A DNA stretch of 64,000 bases from Okamejei kenojei (taxonomy: Eukaryota). Below the pieces are notes generated by a model. That model worked only from the letters and a program-made list of their open reading frames with translations, made no database searches and was not told the origin of the DNA. A program made the position numbers and the translations under genes. This document shows positions 36,620 through 50,686 of the stretch, piece by piece. Position 1 is the first letter of the stretch; each line of letters starts with the position of its first letter. The stretch lies in the NCBI GenBank assembly GCA_035221665.1, contig CM069167.1, positions 8,370,001-8,434,000 of the forward strand, written 5' to 3'.

Positions 36620-37210
36620 ATGCGTCGGGTGGAAGGTGAGGACAAGTGGGACTCTGTCCTTGTTGCGAGTAGGGGGATGGGGAGTGAGAGCGGAGCTGCA
36701 GGATATAGAGGAGTCCCTGATGAGAGCCTCATCTATAGTAGAAGAGGGGAACTCCCATTCCCTAAAGAATGAGGGCATCTCCAATGCCCTGGTTTGGAAC
36801 ACCTCATCCTGGGTGCAGATGCGGCGTAGACGGAGGAATTGGGAGTAGGGGGATAGAGTCTTTACAGGAAGCAGGGTGGGAAGAAGTGTATTCCAGATAG
36901 CCATGGGAGTCAGTTTATGGTAGATGTCGGTCAGTAGTTTGTTACCTGTAATGGAGATATTGAGGTCTAGAAAAGGTAGGGAGATGTTGAAAATGGCCCA
37001 GATGAATTTGAGTACCGGATGGAAGTTAGTGGTGAAATGGATGAAGTCAGTGAGTTCTGCATGGGTGCAGGAGGTAACACCAATGTAGTTGTCAATGTAG
37101 TGGAGGCAGAGTTTGGGGATAGGGCCACGGTATGACTCGAACAAGAATTGTTTGACCTACCCTACAAAGAGGCAGGCATAGCTGGGGCCCATGTGTGTGC
37201 CCATAGTATT
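36620..37210 (-). mobile_element. Penelope-like element reverse transcriptase fragment (pseudogenised)
   Basis: MGTHMGPSYACLFVG, HYIDN (decayed RYIDD), LPFLDL..TDIYHK, PYSQFLRLRRIC and RVPLVLTFHP are PLE RT/thumb motifs. Confidence 0.88.
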
Positions 37211-37249
37211 GGAGATGTCACAAATGAAAGTAGAAAAGGACTGAACAAT

Positions 37250-37303
<54 letters not shown>

Positions 37304-38780
37304 ACAGAGTTAAGGTTAGAATATATGTGGGGCAAGAACAGGCTGAAATATTATCTATTTGGACTGTCCCTCTGTACATCTTGGGTTGGATTTTGAAGCA
37401 AGATGTGCAGTATTGGGAAGATGTCATGGTTGGAGGGTATGGAGGGAAGATATCTCCAGGAATAATTATCTGGGAGACAATGGGCTGATGTTCATTAGTG
37501 AGAATATTTGGAGGAGAGTTGGGAGCTGAGATTTAGCTTCTGCAAGGTACATTAGGTTGAATGATGTTGTTGGAGTTGATCCTAGAGGATTGGAATGTGC
37601 AACTTCAAAGAGAGCATAAAATGCACTTTGGCAAAAGTGACGAATAGATCGTAAGTGAGGGAGTTGAGTTAGTTTCAGGTTGATTACCAACTAGAATATC
37701 TGGTGTTTTACAGCAGATGAGCTCATCTCCCACTCATTCCATTTTCTCGTTCCCCAGTTTTGCTTTTATCTCACCTCCTTCTACTCTCCATTGTCCCTTC
37801 CACCCATATCCCTCCCTCCAGATGTACATTTAATTTCTCGTCTTTGCTAGTCTCTTACCCGTTTGTCTCCTTTTCATCTCCACACTTTGTCACATCTCCA
37901 CCATCTGCCAATCAACCCTTCCCCCTGCCCCTTGCCTGTATCCTTCCACTACTTGCCAGACATTGCCTCACCTCCACCTCTTTCAGCTTTCTCCTCTTTC
38001 CTCTGTCAGTCTGAAGAAAGGTTCCGACCCGAAACATCACCTTTCTGTTTCCTCCACAGATGATGACTGACATGAGATCCTCCAGCACTGTTTTTTGTTT
38101 AAAGGATTGTTTAGTTTGTTGAACTGTTTTAATATGTTGCTGTTAAATGTTAAGTTTGTTAAATGTTAATAGGCCTTGTTAGATGCATTTACTAAATATT
38201 CATTTTTAAAATCTGAATTGGCTTCTAATAACTGACTTGCTTAAGTGTAAAACCATGTCCCTATCAAGGAATTGTTTTGTAGTAATTAAAATAAATTCTG
38301 GTGGTAGAACAGATTTAAAGTGCTAGAGGAAGATTTGGCTGTGTGCCTTTATTTGAATCTGATACATTATAACTTTATATATCATAGATGCTAACATTAC
38401 CTGATATATATTTCAGCATTTCTTTATTTGTATAGCTTGGCCTGCTTCTAATGAATTTGCAATTAGTATATTATATATTTTTAAAAGACAGGTTATGTTA
38501 CAGTACATCATGACTTACGAGGTTTCATCTTTCCAAACGCATCGATTACTTAACTAGTCTTCTGTTTACGCCAGTCCAGTTTGCCAGATGCTATCCACTT
38601 TTTTTTACCTTTAGACGGGAGGGATGCTTTTGAAATGAATCCCTTTTTAAAAATTATTTTAAGCTGTGACTCTGTTGGTACCACTCTCACCCCAGAGAAG
38701 TGAGCCCCATTTTGCAAACTTGAACTTATGAACATGATGTTAACCACAGCTACAATATGCAGTATTTATAGCATTATCAG

Positions 38781-40732
38781 TAGAGCCAGGATGTTTAGGC
38801 ACTAAAAAACTCTGAAACAGGCAGACAAAAAGGAATAATAAAATCACAAAAAGGCATTTATTACAAAACAGGCATTCATTTCCTCCACCAAAATATGGTT
38901 AAAAATGATAATATAAAGGTATTCTACATTAAATGACCGAAGTTGCTTGGTTGCACATAATTACTAGCATTTTTTCCAAATTATCTGGTGTTAAAGTATG
39001 CAGTCTGTCAAGACAGAATATGCTTCAGCTGTGAAAAACTTATTTCGACCTCAGCTGAGGTCACTGGTGCATACCCGAAACAAGCTACAGACTCTCTATT
39101 CATGTCAATATCTTGTGCATTACAACTACCTTTGAGAACTTTAGCTATGTTTTCTATTTCTTCAAGATCTTTGTTAGCTAAAATCTCTCTCTCAGATTTT
39201 CCTTGTATGTCTTTACCTACATCGCCAGGAACTTTACAAATTCTGTCAGTTGCTTTGTTGAGAACCTGCAAGTTATTCACTAATGTTTCGCACGTTTCTC
39301 AAGGGAAGTGATAGCTTGCAAAATTGGAAGCAATAAACATAAGATCACGGTGGAGGGACTTTTTCTCCATGATTTCACTGACGATCCTGACTACAGCAGA
39401 TTCTTCTTCAAGACAGTTGACTATTTATTTTATCTTTTCAAAATTTGCAGCATAGTAGAGTACAGCAGAAAGCCATGTAGCCCACCTAGTCAAAACGGGC
39501 TGATGAGGTAGCGGAATCTCGGGTGCCATTTCCTTGAACAACTGCACACGTGACGGTGCTTTGAGGAAGATTTTCTTGACATTGGAAACTAGGCGATCGA
39601 CATTTGGAAACAATTCTATGAAGTCCTTGAGCTAAGCATGTCAAATGCAACATTTTGGGGAATAAAATGAAGTCACAAACAGAAGAACATTCTGTTGTTT
39701 TATACCTGCTGGCCAAAGTACAGCAAGTGAAAGTGTAAATAACTGAGCAATAGTTGAACTGTTGACTTATCCAATACTTCCGATGTCATCAAATACTCCT
39801 TTGAGGGTGGACATGCCTCCAGTGCACCGATTACCACATTGGCAACATAACACCCCACAGTATCGGTTGTCTTGTCTATTGAGATCCATATTTTCTTGCA
39901 TGCAACTTCCTCTGTAATATTCTATGCAACAATGTTGAAGTTGCTGTCAACATAATTTTTCCGTAATGATGACTCGCTTGGTCTATGTTCCTCTGTATAT
40001 TTCTCTAAAAAACCTCTGAGAGGTTTGTTTTCCAATTTCCACAGTTGAATTCCAACATCAATGAATGCCTTGCACAGATCACTCAAATTCAGATTTGCGA
40101 CTGAGCCAGCAATAAATGTAGTGAGGAGACATGTTTGGGTATTTCGCTTGGGTAGTCTACACCGCAGTGGTATCAACATTGACTTCTCTAATTTTAGATT
40201 GGCCTTGTCTTCCCCCTTCCTCCTTCCCAACTCCTTCTACTGTCCTACTGTCTTTGCCTCTTCCTTTCTTTCCCACCCCCACCCCCCACATCAGTCTGAA
40301 GAAGGGTCTCGACCCAAAATGTCGCCTATTCCTTCTCTCCATAGATGCTGCCTCACCCGCTGAGTTTCTCCAGCATTTTTTGTCTATCTTCGATTTTTCC
40401 AGCATCTGCAGTTCTTTCTTAAATAGATCTTGGAGAAGACTGAACCAGTGGGCAGAGGCACGAACGAATGAACGGTGGTGCCCGCGGTTTCGCCCCGGTG
40501 GTGGAAGTTTTCTTGTAAGTTATACTATGTTAACACGTTAATTAAAACATTAATATTAACGTGTCAACACCGAAAACGTCATCGTAATCACGGTACAACT
40601 AGAGAAAACAGTATGGCCTTTTAGCAAAACAGCAAAAAAAGGCTGATTTAGGCACTCGATCATGAAAAAAGGCGTTATCCTGGTGAAATCATCAAAAAAG
40701 GCAAGAAAAGGCACGTGGCATTTATGGCTCTA
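38781..40732 (-). mobile_element. hAT-superfamily DNA transposon with 8-bp TSD, decayed transposase (DUF659/CGGBP1-related type)
   Basis: TSD ATTATCAG at 38773-38780 and 40733-40740, termini TAGAGCCA...TGGCTCTA. Fragments [33 protein letters not shown] and YAPVTSAEVEISFSQLKHILS (hAT dimerisation-like motif). Confidence 0.88.
40125..40425 (+). mobile_element. Penelope 3' end (ORF tail plus terminal repeat) nested in the hAT element
   Basis: VFRLGSLHRSGINIDFSNF resembles the C-terminus of the PLE endonuclease domain. It is followed by a pyrimidine tract and CTGAAGAAGGGTCTCGACCCAAAATGTC at 40296. Confidence 0.8.
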
Positions 40733-43047
40733 ATTATCAGCATCATCTTGCGAAGAAATTGAATCATTTAGTCATTACCATATTGCTATCTATCATTGAG
40801 CTCTTATTTCCATGGCTTTTAAATGTTCGTCATATGTCAGTACAATCTCTAGGCCATCTCTGTTCTTGGGTTGCTCAGCGTTAGACATTGTTTGATCATT
40901 TTGATGCAGTGGGTTGGGCATTTTTACTGCATTAAAGATTTTCATAAATATAAATTGTTAGTTATTACTCAAGATGGCATTTTGGATCAAAATATCAACT
41001 GGATAGATTTGGGAAAGACAACTCACAAAGAGTTGGCTATTAACATACAATCGCAACACATTAGTTACTCAAATAGGGGTTGTCCTAGCAACAGTTTCTG
41101 AGTTCATTTATTATTGTAGTATCACAAGTGTTTATTCTTTATATTCAAGTAAGGGAATTAAGAGTAGGCCACTCGGTCTCATTAGCCTGAATGCTATTTA
41201 ATACGATAGAACAAATGTGATCATTTAGATGATTTCACCATTTAGATGATTTGTTTTACAAAATTACAAAGTAAATAATTTCAAATTGCACAACCTATGA
41301 AGTGTTCCAAATGTCAACATTGATTGGAAGAATATATAGCTAAATTAAATAAAATTAGAAATAATTTTATTTAGAATGAGTTGTGACTTCTAAACTTTTT
41401 ATAACAAATTTGTATTTGTGCGTATAATGTGAATCGTGTGCTATAGCATTGGGCTGCAGGTCAATCGTTAATTTGCAATTGGTTAATAATATGTTTTGTA
41501 AAGAAAACCTTCCACACACAAATTACTCAAGTAGGATTAAGACGTAATCTTGCTATTCTGGGTTGGTTAATTTATAGAAAATTAATGATTGTCAGTTAAC
41601 AGTGAGGTTTTTGAATTTTTTTTAACTTTGAGTAGAAATTAATGGAAACAATTTGAATTATTAGCATCATATTTTATAATTTGTTTTATGCCATTGCATG
41701 GGTTGAATTTCTTGGCAGTCTGCAGGTAATACTGGACATTTTGCGTCATGCAGTTCTTCTCATTTATATTATTATTGGAGCTACTTTCGAGCTATTGTCT
41801 AAGCTTGTTTTACACCCTTTCAATCAAGGGTTCAGAGTCGCAGGAACACACAGATTTAATTAAGCAGGACATCATACAGGCTAAAAACTGTGCAATGCTT
41901 GTTGCGCAAAAATATCGACATGAGATTGTGACTGTTTTTCCGGGATAAATGCCTTAAGTTAATGTTGTTTGCGTAGAAAATTATACTTTGTGACATTATC
42001 AAGGCCTTATGGCTTTTCTGGAGTCCAAAATGTGACTTGTAAATGTAGTGGTTGATTAACATAAGCAATTGTTTATGCTGCACATCTGGAGGATGTGGTT
42101 AAGTTTTAAATAGGGTGTGTACTCAAATGAAAGTAAGAGTGCTGGAAATATAGAATATGTACATGTGTACAAATATGCAGGATCATATGAAGGATTTAAC
42201 ATCTAAATCACCAAACTGCCTTTGTCATTTTACAATTGACCATGTGATTGTAGGATTTCTATAGTTGTTTTGGATTGTCTTTTTCCCCTGTTTACCTTGG
42301 AATTTTTATTGAATATTGAAGAAGTGATTTTCTTTCCCCTCCAATTTCATTATTGGGAAATGCGAGGAACTTTAAATCAATTTTTTGGGGAAATTTCCTT
42401 TGTCCTGCATATGTTTCATCATCAGTGTAAACTTACACTTTAACGTGCCCAGTCTTGTTCTGATGGGAAATTTGCACTTTGATCAGGTCAAATATAGGCC
42501 TTTGTTCAACTTGTTAGTTGTCAGCTGCACAAATGCTGGAACTAGCTTGTTTACAATTAGCTAAGTATGCTATCTCTCTTACAAAGAGGTTTTATGGCCT
42601 ATCGTAAATCTTTGAATGCCCTAAGGCTTTGAATTCTTTTAGCAGTAGTTCGCCATATATCAGTCTTTACAGACACCAATGGAGAAAAAAATAGGTTCCA
42701 TAATGTGGCACTAGATCTTTGCTAGGCAGCAGAGAACTAACAATGAGGAAGAGAGCCCTGACGCATTTCCACATTACCAACCCCCAGATGCCAGAGCCAA
42801 TTGCAGCATCCCTAAGATTGTCAGTAACTCAGCAAAAAAGCAGATGTCCGTCTTTGGTTTGTATGACATATTTGCATGTCCTTTTATGAAATGAACCTTT
42901 GCAAATCCAACTGTGCAATACTGTCCCAAAGGTTGAAATTATAATGTTATTGTTTGAGCCAGGTCTAATGATTCTTTCTTCTTGACCATCCAGTAATGAT
43001 TTGATCTTGGAGATAAATTGCACTTGAACAAATGCTAATTAATGAGA

Positions 43048-43240
43048 TGTGTAGGAAGGGACTGCAGATGCTGGTTTAAACCCAAGATAGACACAAAAAG
43101 CTGGAGTAACTCAGTGGGTCAGGCAGCATCTCTGGAGAAAAGGAATAGGTGAGATTTCGAGTCAAGATCCTTCATCGGACAGAGAGTCAGAGGAATAGGA
43201 AACGAGAGATATATACGATGATATAGCGAGATATAGAACA
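43048..43240 (-). mobile_element. Penelope-derived terminal repeat
   Basis: GTGTAGGAAGGGACTGCAGATGCTGG...GGAGTAACTCAGTGGGTCAGGCAGCATCTCTGGAG, same family as the 11740 copy. The ribozyme core is degenerate. Confidence 0.75.
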
Positions 43241-46200
43241 AATCATTTATTTAATGAATGAGGATGAAATTGTGCTCATAGTATGTCTATCGTGCTATTG
43301 ATTAGCCTGTGGGAATTCTGTTCATAAGTAAAACTGTTTATTTGTCTGAACTGTCAGATGTTTCTGTCTCCCATTAAGCTAAATTAGAAACCAGTTGGCA
43401 GTCTAGACTAAAGTAAGAAAAGTTAAGGTCCTAAGGACATAAGTGATAGGAGCAGAATTAACCCATTCGGCCCATCAAGTCTACTCCGCCAGTCAATCAT
43501 GTCTGATCTATCTCTCCCTCCGTCCCTTCTCCTGTCTTCTCCCCATAACGTCTGACTCCCGTACTAATCAATGTAAACTTTGAGTGTAAACATTAGCAAA
43601 ATAAAAATAATGATTAATTTCCATGTCATTAGATTGAAATTGCAAATGCATTTAATGGAAAGTAATAAATCTGTGCCAGAGGTTTTTGGAAGTTCAGTAT
43701 GTTAAAGATAGCATAGAATATAGAAAGGCACAACACAGGAACAGGCCGTATGGGTTATGATGTCTGTGCTGTGTATGATGTTATGTTCTACCAGCAAGTA
43801 ACCCATATCCCTCCCAGCCCTGGGTATTCATGTACCTATCTAAAAGCCTCTTTTGACAGATTTTTAAAAGTCAAGGGATACGTGTAGATCATAAAATTGG
43901 TGCTAAGCTAAAATATCAGTAATGGAGTTTTTGAAAGGCGAAGTGGCCATATGGCATGTTGTGAATTAGATCATCATATTGTGCAAGTTATTTAAGGAGT
44001 CTGTGCAATCCAGTAATGCATAAATCCATTATGCTGAACACCCCAAATTGCAAGTTATTGTGGGAGAATAATTGATACCATTCATTTTGTAATTAGACTA
44101 AAAATCTACATATCTAGGTGCGGTAGCTTTCAGGACACATGTACAGAAATTATGTTGCATGGACTTATAATAAATATCTGTAGACAATATCAAATATTGT
44201 CCTTTTTATTGTGTTATTAGCTCTAAGAATACATAACTGAGTTAGGTCATATCAATGAAAATGAACACAAGTGCAACAGCATCTAGCTAATCCAGACTTT
44301 GCAGAAAACAATGATAATGAAGTCATACGTTGCCACTTGAGCCATGAACCAGAGTTTAACTTCCAACAACATGTCCTATCCATTTTCAAAAGACTAAAAT
44401 CTACTTCTGTCATACCTATATGCCACTGCAATAACATATCCTGAGACTTTTTATTGACTTAATGTGTGGTGTCCCACTTTCTAACAGTCGTGAACTTATT
44501 AAATTGATAGTAAACTTCCAGTTTGTTCATCTCACCCACACCGACACCAACTCTGTATAATGAACATAAATGCGGTTAACCAGGCAGCGACATCATAGAT
44601 TATAAAATGGACTAGAGTAATGGACTGAAGAAAGATGCGCATTTTTATTCCTCAAGGACTGGATTTTAGACCACTTCTCTTTCAGATACATAATGACCTT
44701 GATTATAGAGTAAAATATGTATGTTAAGGTAAAATTTCAACGACAAAAGGTTGAAAGTGCAATTGAAATTGAGGAGTCTAATTGACAGATGAAAAATGAC
44801 AGATGAAGTGTAAAACAACAGTGTGAAATTGTATCTTCTGATGCGAAGAATGATGAGAGCTAATATGAATTAAACATTATAGTTTTACAGTAAGTACATA
44901 TATGAGAGACCTAAAAGTATAAGGGCACAAATTTCTGAAGATGTCGGGCCGATTTAAAAAAGGATTTTTGGGATCTTTGGCTTTACCAAAAGAGTAATAG
45001 CAGTGTACAAAGGAAATTGATGTTAAAATCCTTTTAAAACTATGGCCTAGCTGGCTTTAGGACATTGTTTCAGGAACATTCGCAAACTTAAAATCCAAAT
45101 TCCACCACAGTAGTTGTATAATTTAAAGTCTGATTAATAATCTGAAATTATTAATGTTTTTTTAATATTTACATACAATCTCATGGAGCCTTCTGTTTCA
45201 CAAATGTCAGCCAACTGGATATGGCCAATATGTCATCCCAGACCCACCAATATGGCCTACCATTTCGTAGGCAATTCAGAAAAGCTGGTATTGACAGTGA
45301 TAATAAATAAGGAAAAATGTTATGGCAGTAACCAGTGAATACAGGTTTAACGGATTGGCACAAGAGCCAGAAAAGATTTAACCAATTGATGATGCTCAGT
45401 AGGTCACAAATATTTCACATTTACGGAAAAAGACTTGTGATCACAACTGACCGGAAAGGTTATCCCTAATTCTCCTTTCAAAGATGTTGTTTGATCTGCT
45501 TTATTCCAGCTGTTTATTTCAGACTCCAAGCAACTGCATCATTTGCTCTTTCAAAATTAAAAAAAATTGTTAGTGCGTTGCTGTCATATAAAAAGCACTT
45601 CCTGACGAAGGCGAGACATTCAGTAAAAACATTCAAAATTGAACTAATTCAATGCTTACAAAAAACATGCTGAAGCATGCAGAAAATTTAGTTGGGGAGT
45701 TCGAGCAAAAAATCAGTAAAGACATAATGAAATAATTTGCCTCTAATACTGTGTTAGTTTGTGATTTGGCCCATTGTGATTGCTGGCTATCCAAATATTT
45801 ATTTGTGAATCTGTTTCCACTGTCTGTTTCAGTCACACATTTGCATGCAAAATTGGATGGAAACAAACTTTATTTTTCCTCCTAGTTCTCTTGCCACTTC
45901 CATTAATAATGTTTCAGATGTTAACAATTTCTGTCCTTGAACACTCAATGAATTCTTAACGAATTTAAATCTAAATGGAAATACCTTCCCAATTTATTGT
46001 GAGCATTTGTTTCTAATATATATTAGATGGAATGAATAAAATTTGTTTTATAAGATAATTTCTAAATGTTCACAACCAGAATTGTTTTTCCTCAACCCTG
46101 TAAATGAGACTTTGGCAACTTTGTGTGGAGAAGTCACTGATTCAGACCAAATGTATGCAACACTTTGAAGAATTTTTCTGCAAGCCTTTGAGAACCATGA

Positions 46201-46494
46201 ATTCCTTAAGAAAACATATTTGCTTTGTGTTACTTAGATGACAACCATATGTCTTCCCAGGGTTCCAACCCATGCGGTGCCTCAGCCAGCTGTTTTAAAA
46301 AAAATAATAGTCAATTGCAGTACCCAACTACAAAGAAATAAACTGCAAAGAATTAAAATACAAAATTGCTGCAATATACCAGGTTTAGAAAGTAAAATTT
46401 ACTGTATGTAATTTTGATTCGTGTAAATCAGTGTTTATGTATTCTATTACTTTCATAAAGAGAAACCATCATTAACAATAGTAATACACTAGCT

Positions 46495-46670
46495 TTTGGT
46501 AACGACAACCGGTTTGCCGAAAACTTGCTATCTGTCCTCCAAGGTTTGCTGTAGCCCTCGGTTGCTGGTCATTTTAACTCTCCTTTCCATTCCCATATCG
46601 ACCTTTTTGACCTTGGCCTCCTACATTGCTAGAGTAAGGCTAAATGCAGTGGGACGTTTGGCTTCTATAC
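46495..46670 (+). mobile_element. Penelope endonuclease-region remnant
   Basis: Degenerate RFAE.L and VAGHFNSPFHSHIDL..LGLLHC reading, typical of the PLE GIY-YIG region. Confidence 0.6.
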
Positions 46671-46689
46671 CTCCTGCCTCTCAGAGAGG

Positions 46690-47010
46690 AGGTCATGGGC
46701 CAGTTGGTATGGAATCTTGATGATAGTTGCCACCACATCGGGATAGCACCTTGTATAGATACTTCCGATGGTGGGGAGGGCTTATACCCATGACGGACTG
46801 TGCAGAGTCCACCACTGTCTGCATCCTCTTGTGCCCTGTGTACTGGATTTGCCATACCAGGCCATGATGCAACCAGTCAGGATACTTTCTACAGGACATC
46901 TGTAGAGATTTATTAGAGTATTCAGCGACATGCTGAATCTCTTTAAACCTTTAAGAAAGTAGAGGTGCGATGAGCCTTTTTGTGATTGCATCTGTGTGCC
47001 AGGCTGATGA
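46690..47010 (-). mobile_element. Rex1/Babar-type LINE 3' coding fragment
   Basis: HLYFLKGLKRFSMS..LINLYRCPVESILTGCIMAWYG. Confidence 0.75.
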
Positions 47011-48497
47011 GTAGTATACTGACATGGTGTTCTTGTTGTCAAGCTGATCCAGAGCTGAATGTAGCGCAGATGAGCTGATATCCTTTGTAGCCCTATTTTT
47101 CCTGGAAGCAAATTGCTGTCATTTTTAAGAAATTAATTGCTTCAGACCAGTGGTGGCCTCATTAATAGTTTATAAAGCTTTATGGAACGTTGCTTTACTG
47201 AAAGCATATAACATTTTAAACTGCTATTGCTTAGTGCCATCTCAACTTTTGATTTGTATCCTTGGGCTAGGTGTGAACTTGATAGCAAAGTAGGCCTCCA
47301 TTTAAGTTTGCATGGGAAGGTTTTATCTATTAAACTATGCTGCTATCACAGAATACTTGCAGAATTGTTTTTCATGCTTGTCCCAGTAACTATATGTTGT
47401 ATACAAGTGGCCTTGTGGCAATGTAGAATTGTATCCTAACATGAGCCCTTGAATGCATAATATATGAATGTAATTAATTATATGTTAATAGCACGAGTTA
47501 TGATAACAGAAGGTATACGGGGGATTACTGGCTGTGTACAGGAAATACACCATTGCAGACTGTTTGTGCCGTGCATCTTGTTGCCATATTGCAATAAAAG
47601 AAACAAAGCTATTTATAATTGTCATGTAAGATCCTTTGTAACGGTATTAAAGCTGGCTTTCATTCAGTGTATTCGTTGAAGAATTGCTATTTAGCAGTTG
47701 TGTGGTCTTCATTTGTTTGGATTAGTGGTCTCTCATGGAAAGCATCTGTGCTCTCTTTAAGCTAGTTTTTTACACCATTGGCAGTATTCCAATGCTTCTA
47801 CGTTATCAGATCCTTTTGGGGTCATGTGATAAATGTTTTTTGCCTTTCTTGCCCTTGTACTGCCTTTAGAAGATTATAGCAAGATTATTTGTACATTTGG
47901 AAGCATTGAAGAAAAAAGTATTTGTCTCGCATCTCGTGGTCCATCTTGTGAGTTGAACTATCAAAGCTAGATTCAGCCTGTATACAAATATCCCTTTATG
48001 AAATAGAGCCTCCAGAAGGTTGTTAGCTGTAGAGGTATGAAATGTTCATTTAGGATTTAAAGGGTGAATTATGCTTTTGAGTGCTTGTGAGTCACTTAAT
48101 ATAATTGATTCCAGATGATCTGAGAATAGAGTCAAAGGACAAAGATTGCCAGTGTTTACGCTTAGCTCTGAGTCCCGAGCACTTCCTGTGCTGTGTTGGA
48201 TCAAATATCCCGAATTATACCCATGCCTTTGTCTAAAGCGATATCCAGTAATATTCACATCACAAGGATTTTTACATTTAAAATGACAGTTAGCATTTTA
48301 ACATTTGTAACTTCCTGCGCTTACATTCTGTCCTGCTCATTCAAGTTAACTTTTAACCATGCTATTATGTTACCTTAACAAATTTCTTTTGAACATTCAG
48401 ATAATCTATATTCACCGGCTAGAATTAGGAACAGGAGAAGTCCCCAATTTTTTGTGGGGGACAATTTCAAAGATTTGTGATGCTCAGAAAAGAAAAT

Positions 48498-48775
48498 GTG
48501 GCATGGTGGCGCTGTGGTAGAGTTGATGCCTTGCAGTGTCAGAGATCCGGGTTCGATCCTGACTTCAGGTGCTCTCTGTATGGATTTTGTACGTTCTCCC
48601 TGTGACCACGTGGTTTTCGTCAGGAGCTCTGTTCGCCACCACATTCCAAAGACGCACAATTTTTGTAGGTGAACTAGCTTTGGTAAGAATTGTAAATCGT
48701 CCCAAGTGTGTAGTGTACGGGGCTCATTGGTCAGCACAGACTTGGTGAGCCTAAGGGCCTGTTTCTGGCCTGTTA
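48498..48775 (+). mobile_element. HE1-type tRNA-derived SINE
   Basis: A box GGCATGGTGGCGCTGTGGTAGAG, B box GGGTTCGATCCTGAC, body TTGTACGTTCTCCCTGTGACC and tail AAGGGCCTGTTTC. A partial inverted copy lies at ~48865-49005. Confidence 0.8.
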
Positions 48776-50650
48776 AATAGCGAATTGATGGTCGGCATGG
48801 ATGAATCCGACTAGAAGGAGTTTAACTCCCTCTTGGAACTAATCACTTTTCTGTTGTTTTGATTCAAAACCAGCAATCCCCATACATTAATACGATCCTA
48901 CACTCGGGACAATTTACATTTATACCAAGCCAATTAACCAGCAAACCAGTACATCTCTGGCACTGTTCGGCATCAACTCTATCACTGCGCCACTGTGCTG
49001 CCCCAATGTTTGCTAAATATTTGCTATAACTGATCTCCAATTGTTCCCACATATTGTTGCTGCTGGTGCTTTGTATAACTTTCAACTCTGATTTTTATTT
49101 TAAAGTGTAAACACAGCACTTTTTCTTCCTTATTTTAGTACTCTTTGGAGTAGTACTTTGTGCAATTTGTTTGTGTGTCTGCAAATGCTCTTGCACTAAA
49201 TATAACAACATTTCCATGTCCCTGAGTCAACCTCTTCTGACAGTAATTACCAGTCCTAACCAACCATATGATTACTTATGTAGCTGTCACCAGCAACTGT
49301 TTCTTTACCAATGACTAATAATGTGAAGGAAATTCTAACATACTGCTAAATTTAAGGTCTATGGAATTAGATTCCATGCTCTAACAGCACTCAAATTTTA
49401 ATATATATTTCCTTTAATGAAACGGTTTATGATCGCACTTCATTTTCTAATTGCCCAGGAATTTCATAGCTCATCATGGATTCCTGCATTTTTAAGAGAA
49501 TACATGCTGCATCTCTTAACCAGTGCAGTAAGGCATTGATGAATTATTCTCATGCAATATATATACATTGACAATTTTGAAGTCTTTCTTTAAATGCACC
49601 CAAATGTGTATTTACTCACAACCTTTTCATCTAATCTCTTAGTCTATCCAACGTGATGCATCCTTGTGTATAGCTTAACTTTAGAATTTAAAGTTTTAAA
49701 TTCTAAATCTAGAATTTTAAATTTTAAATATTCAAAGGATTTTTTAAGCTATTGGGAACATTTGGATAGATGTGACTAGCATATGAAGTTACAGCGATAA
49801 TGGATAAACTGTGTTAAAATAGTGTTCTTGGAAGAAATAAGAGATAGGACTGAAGTTCAGTAAACAGGGACACAATTTATACTTTCCTGCTGTAGTAAAA
49901 TCAGAAAATACCAGAATCAATTTTGTGTCTCTTTCCATAGGTGCTGCCTGAACTGAGTGTTTATGGCGTTTTCTGTTTTTTAAATTGCAGATTTTCAGCA
50001 TTGGCAACTGTTTTTGATTTTCTACTGTTCTTTCTTTCAAAAATTGATAATGATTGCTAACTGAATCAAAATAAAATACTATGGTCACCTAATAACCCTC
50101 CATGACCTTATCCTCGCAGTTCAAGTTGTGGCAGATGTATCCCTTGGAGGACACCCTCAATCATGCATGGAATCTAGCATTGCCATTTTGGGTAGAGTCC
50201 GAACAGATTTTGCTTCTCAAAAGTATGTGTCCATTAGGTGCTTTGGATCATCAGCAACAGTAGAAATGTTCATTGCTGTCTGTATTGTATTGTAATTGTT
50301 ATTGTATTATAATTAATTTATTAGCCAAGTATGTAAAAACATAGAAAGATTTTTGATTTGCCATACAGTCATACCAAAAAAGCAACAATACAAACAACTA
50401 CATAAAAATTAACATCCAACACAGCAACTGATGGAAGGGAATAACATATTATGTTCTTCCCTCCTTTTCTCCTGCGGTCAGGGCAGTCGAACCATCCGCA
50501 GTCGGGGCGATCGAAGCTCCCGCGTCAGGACAATCGAAGCTCCCGCGGTTGGAGCTCCCGAAGTCGATCCCCAGCTAAGGGACCGCAAGCTCCACCATGT
50601 TAGACGATACGGAAAAAGTCGAGGAAAGAGATTTAAAAAAAGTCTCTTCC

Positions 50651-50686
<36 letters not shown>

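Noticed and set aside
48498-48570. tRNA gene
   Set aside because: The A/B boxes belong to a tRNA-derived SINE head that runs into the SINE body, with no complete cloverleaf.
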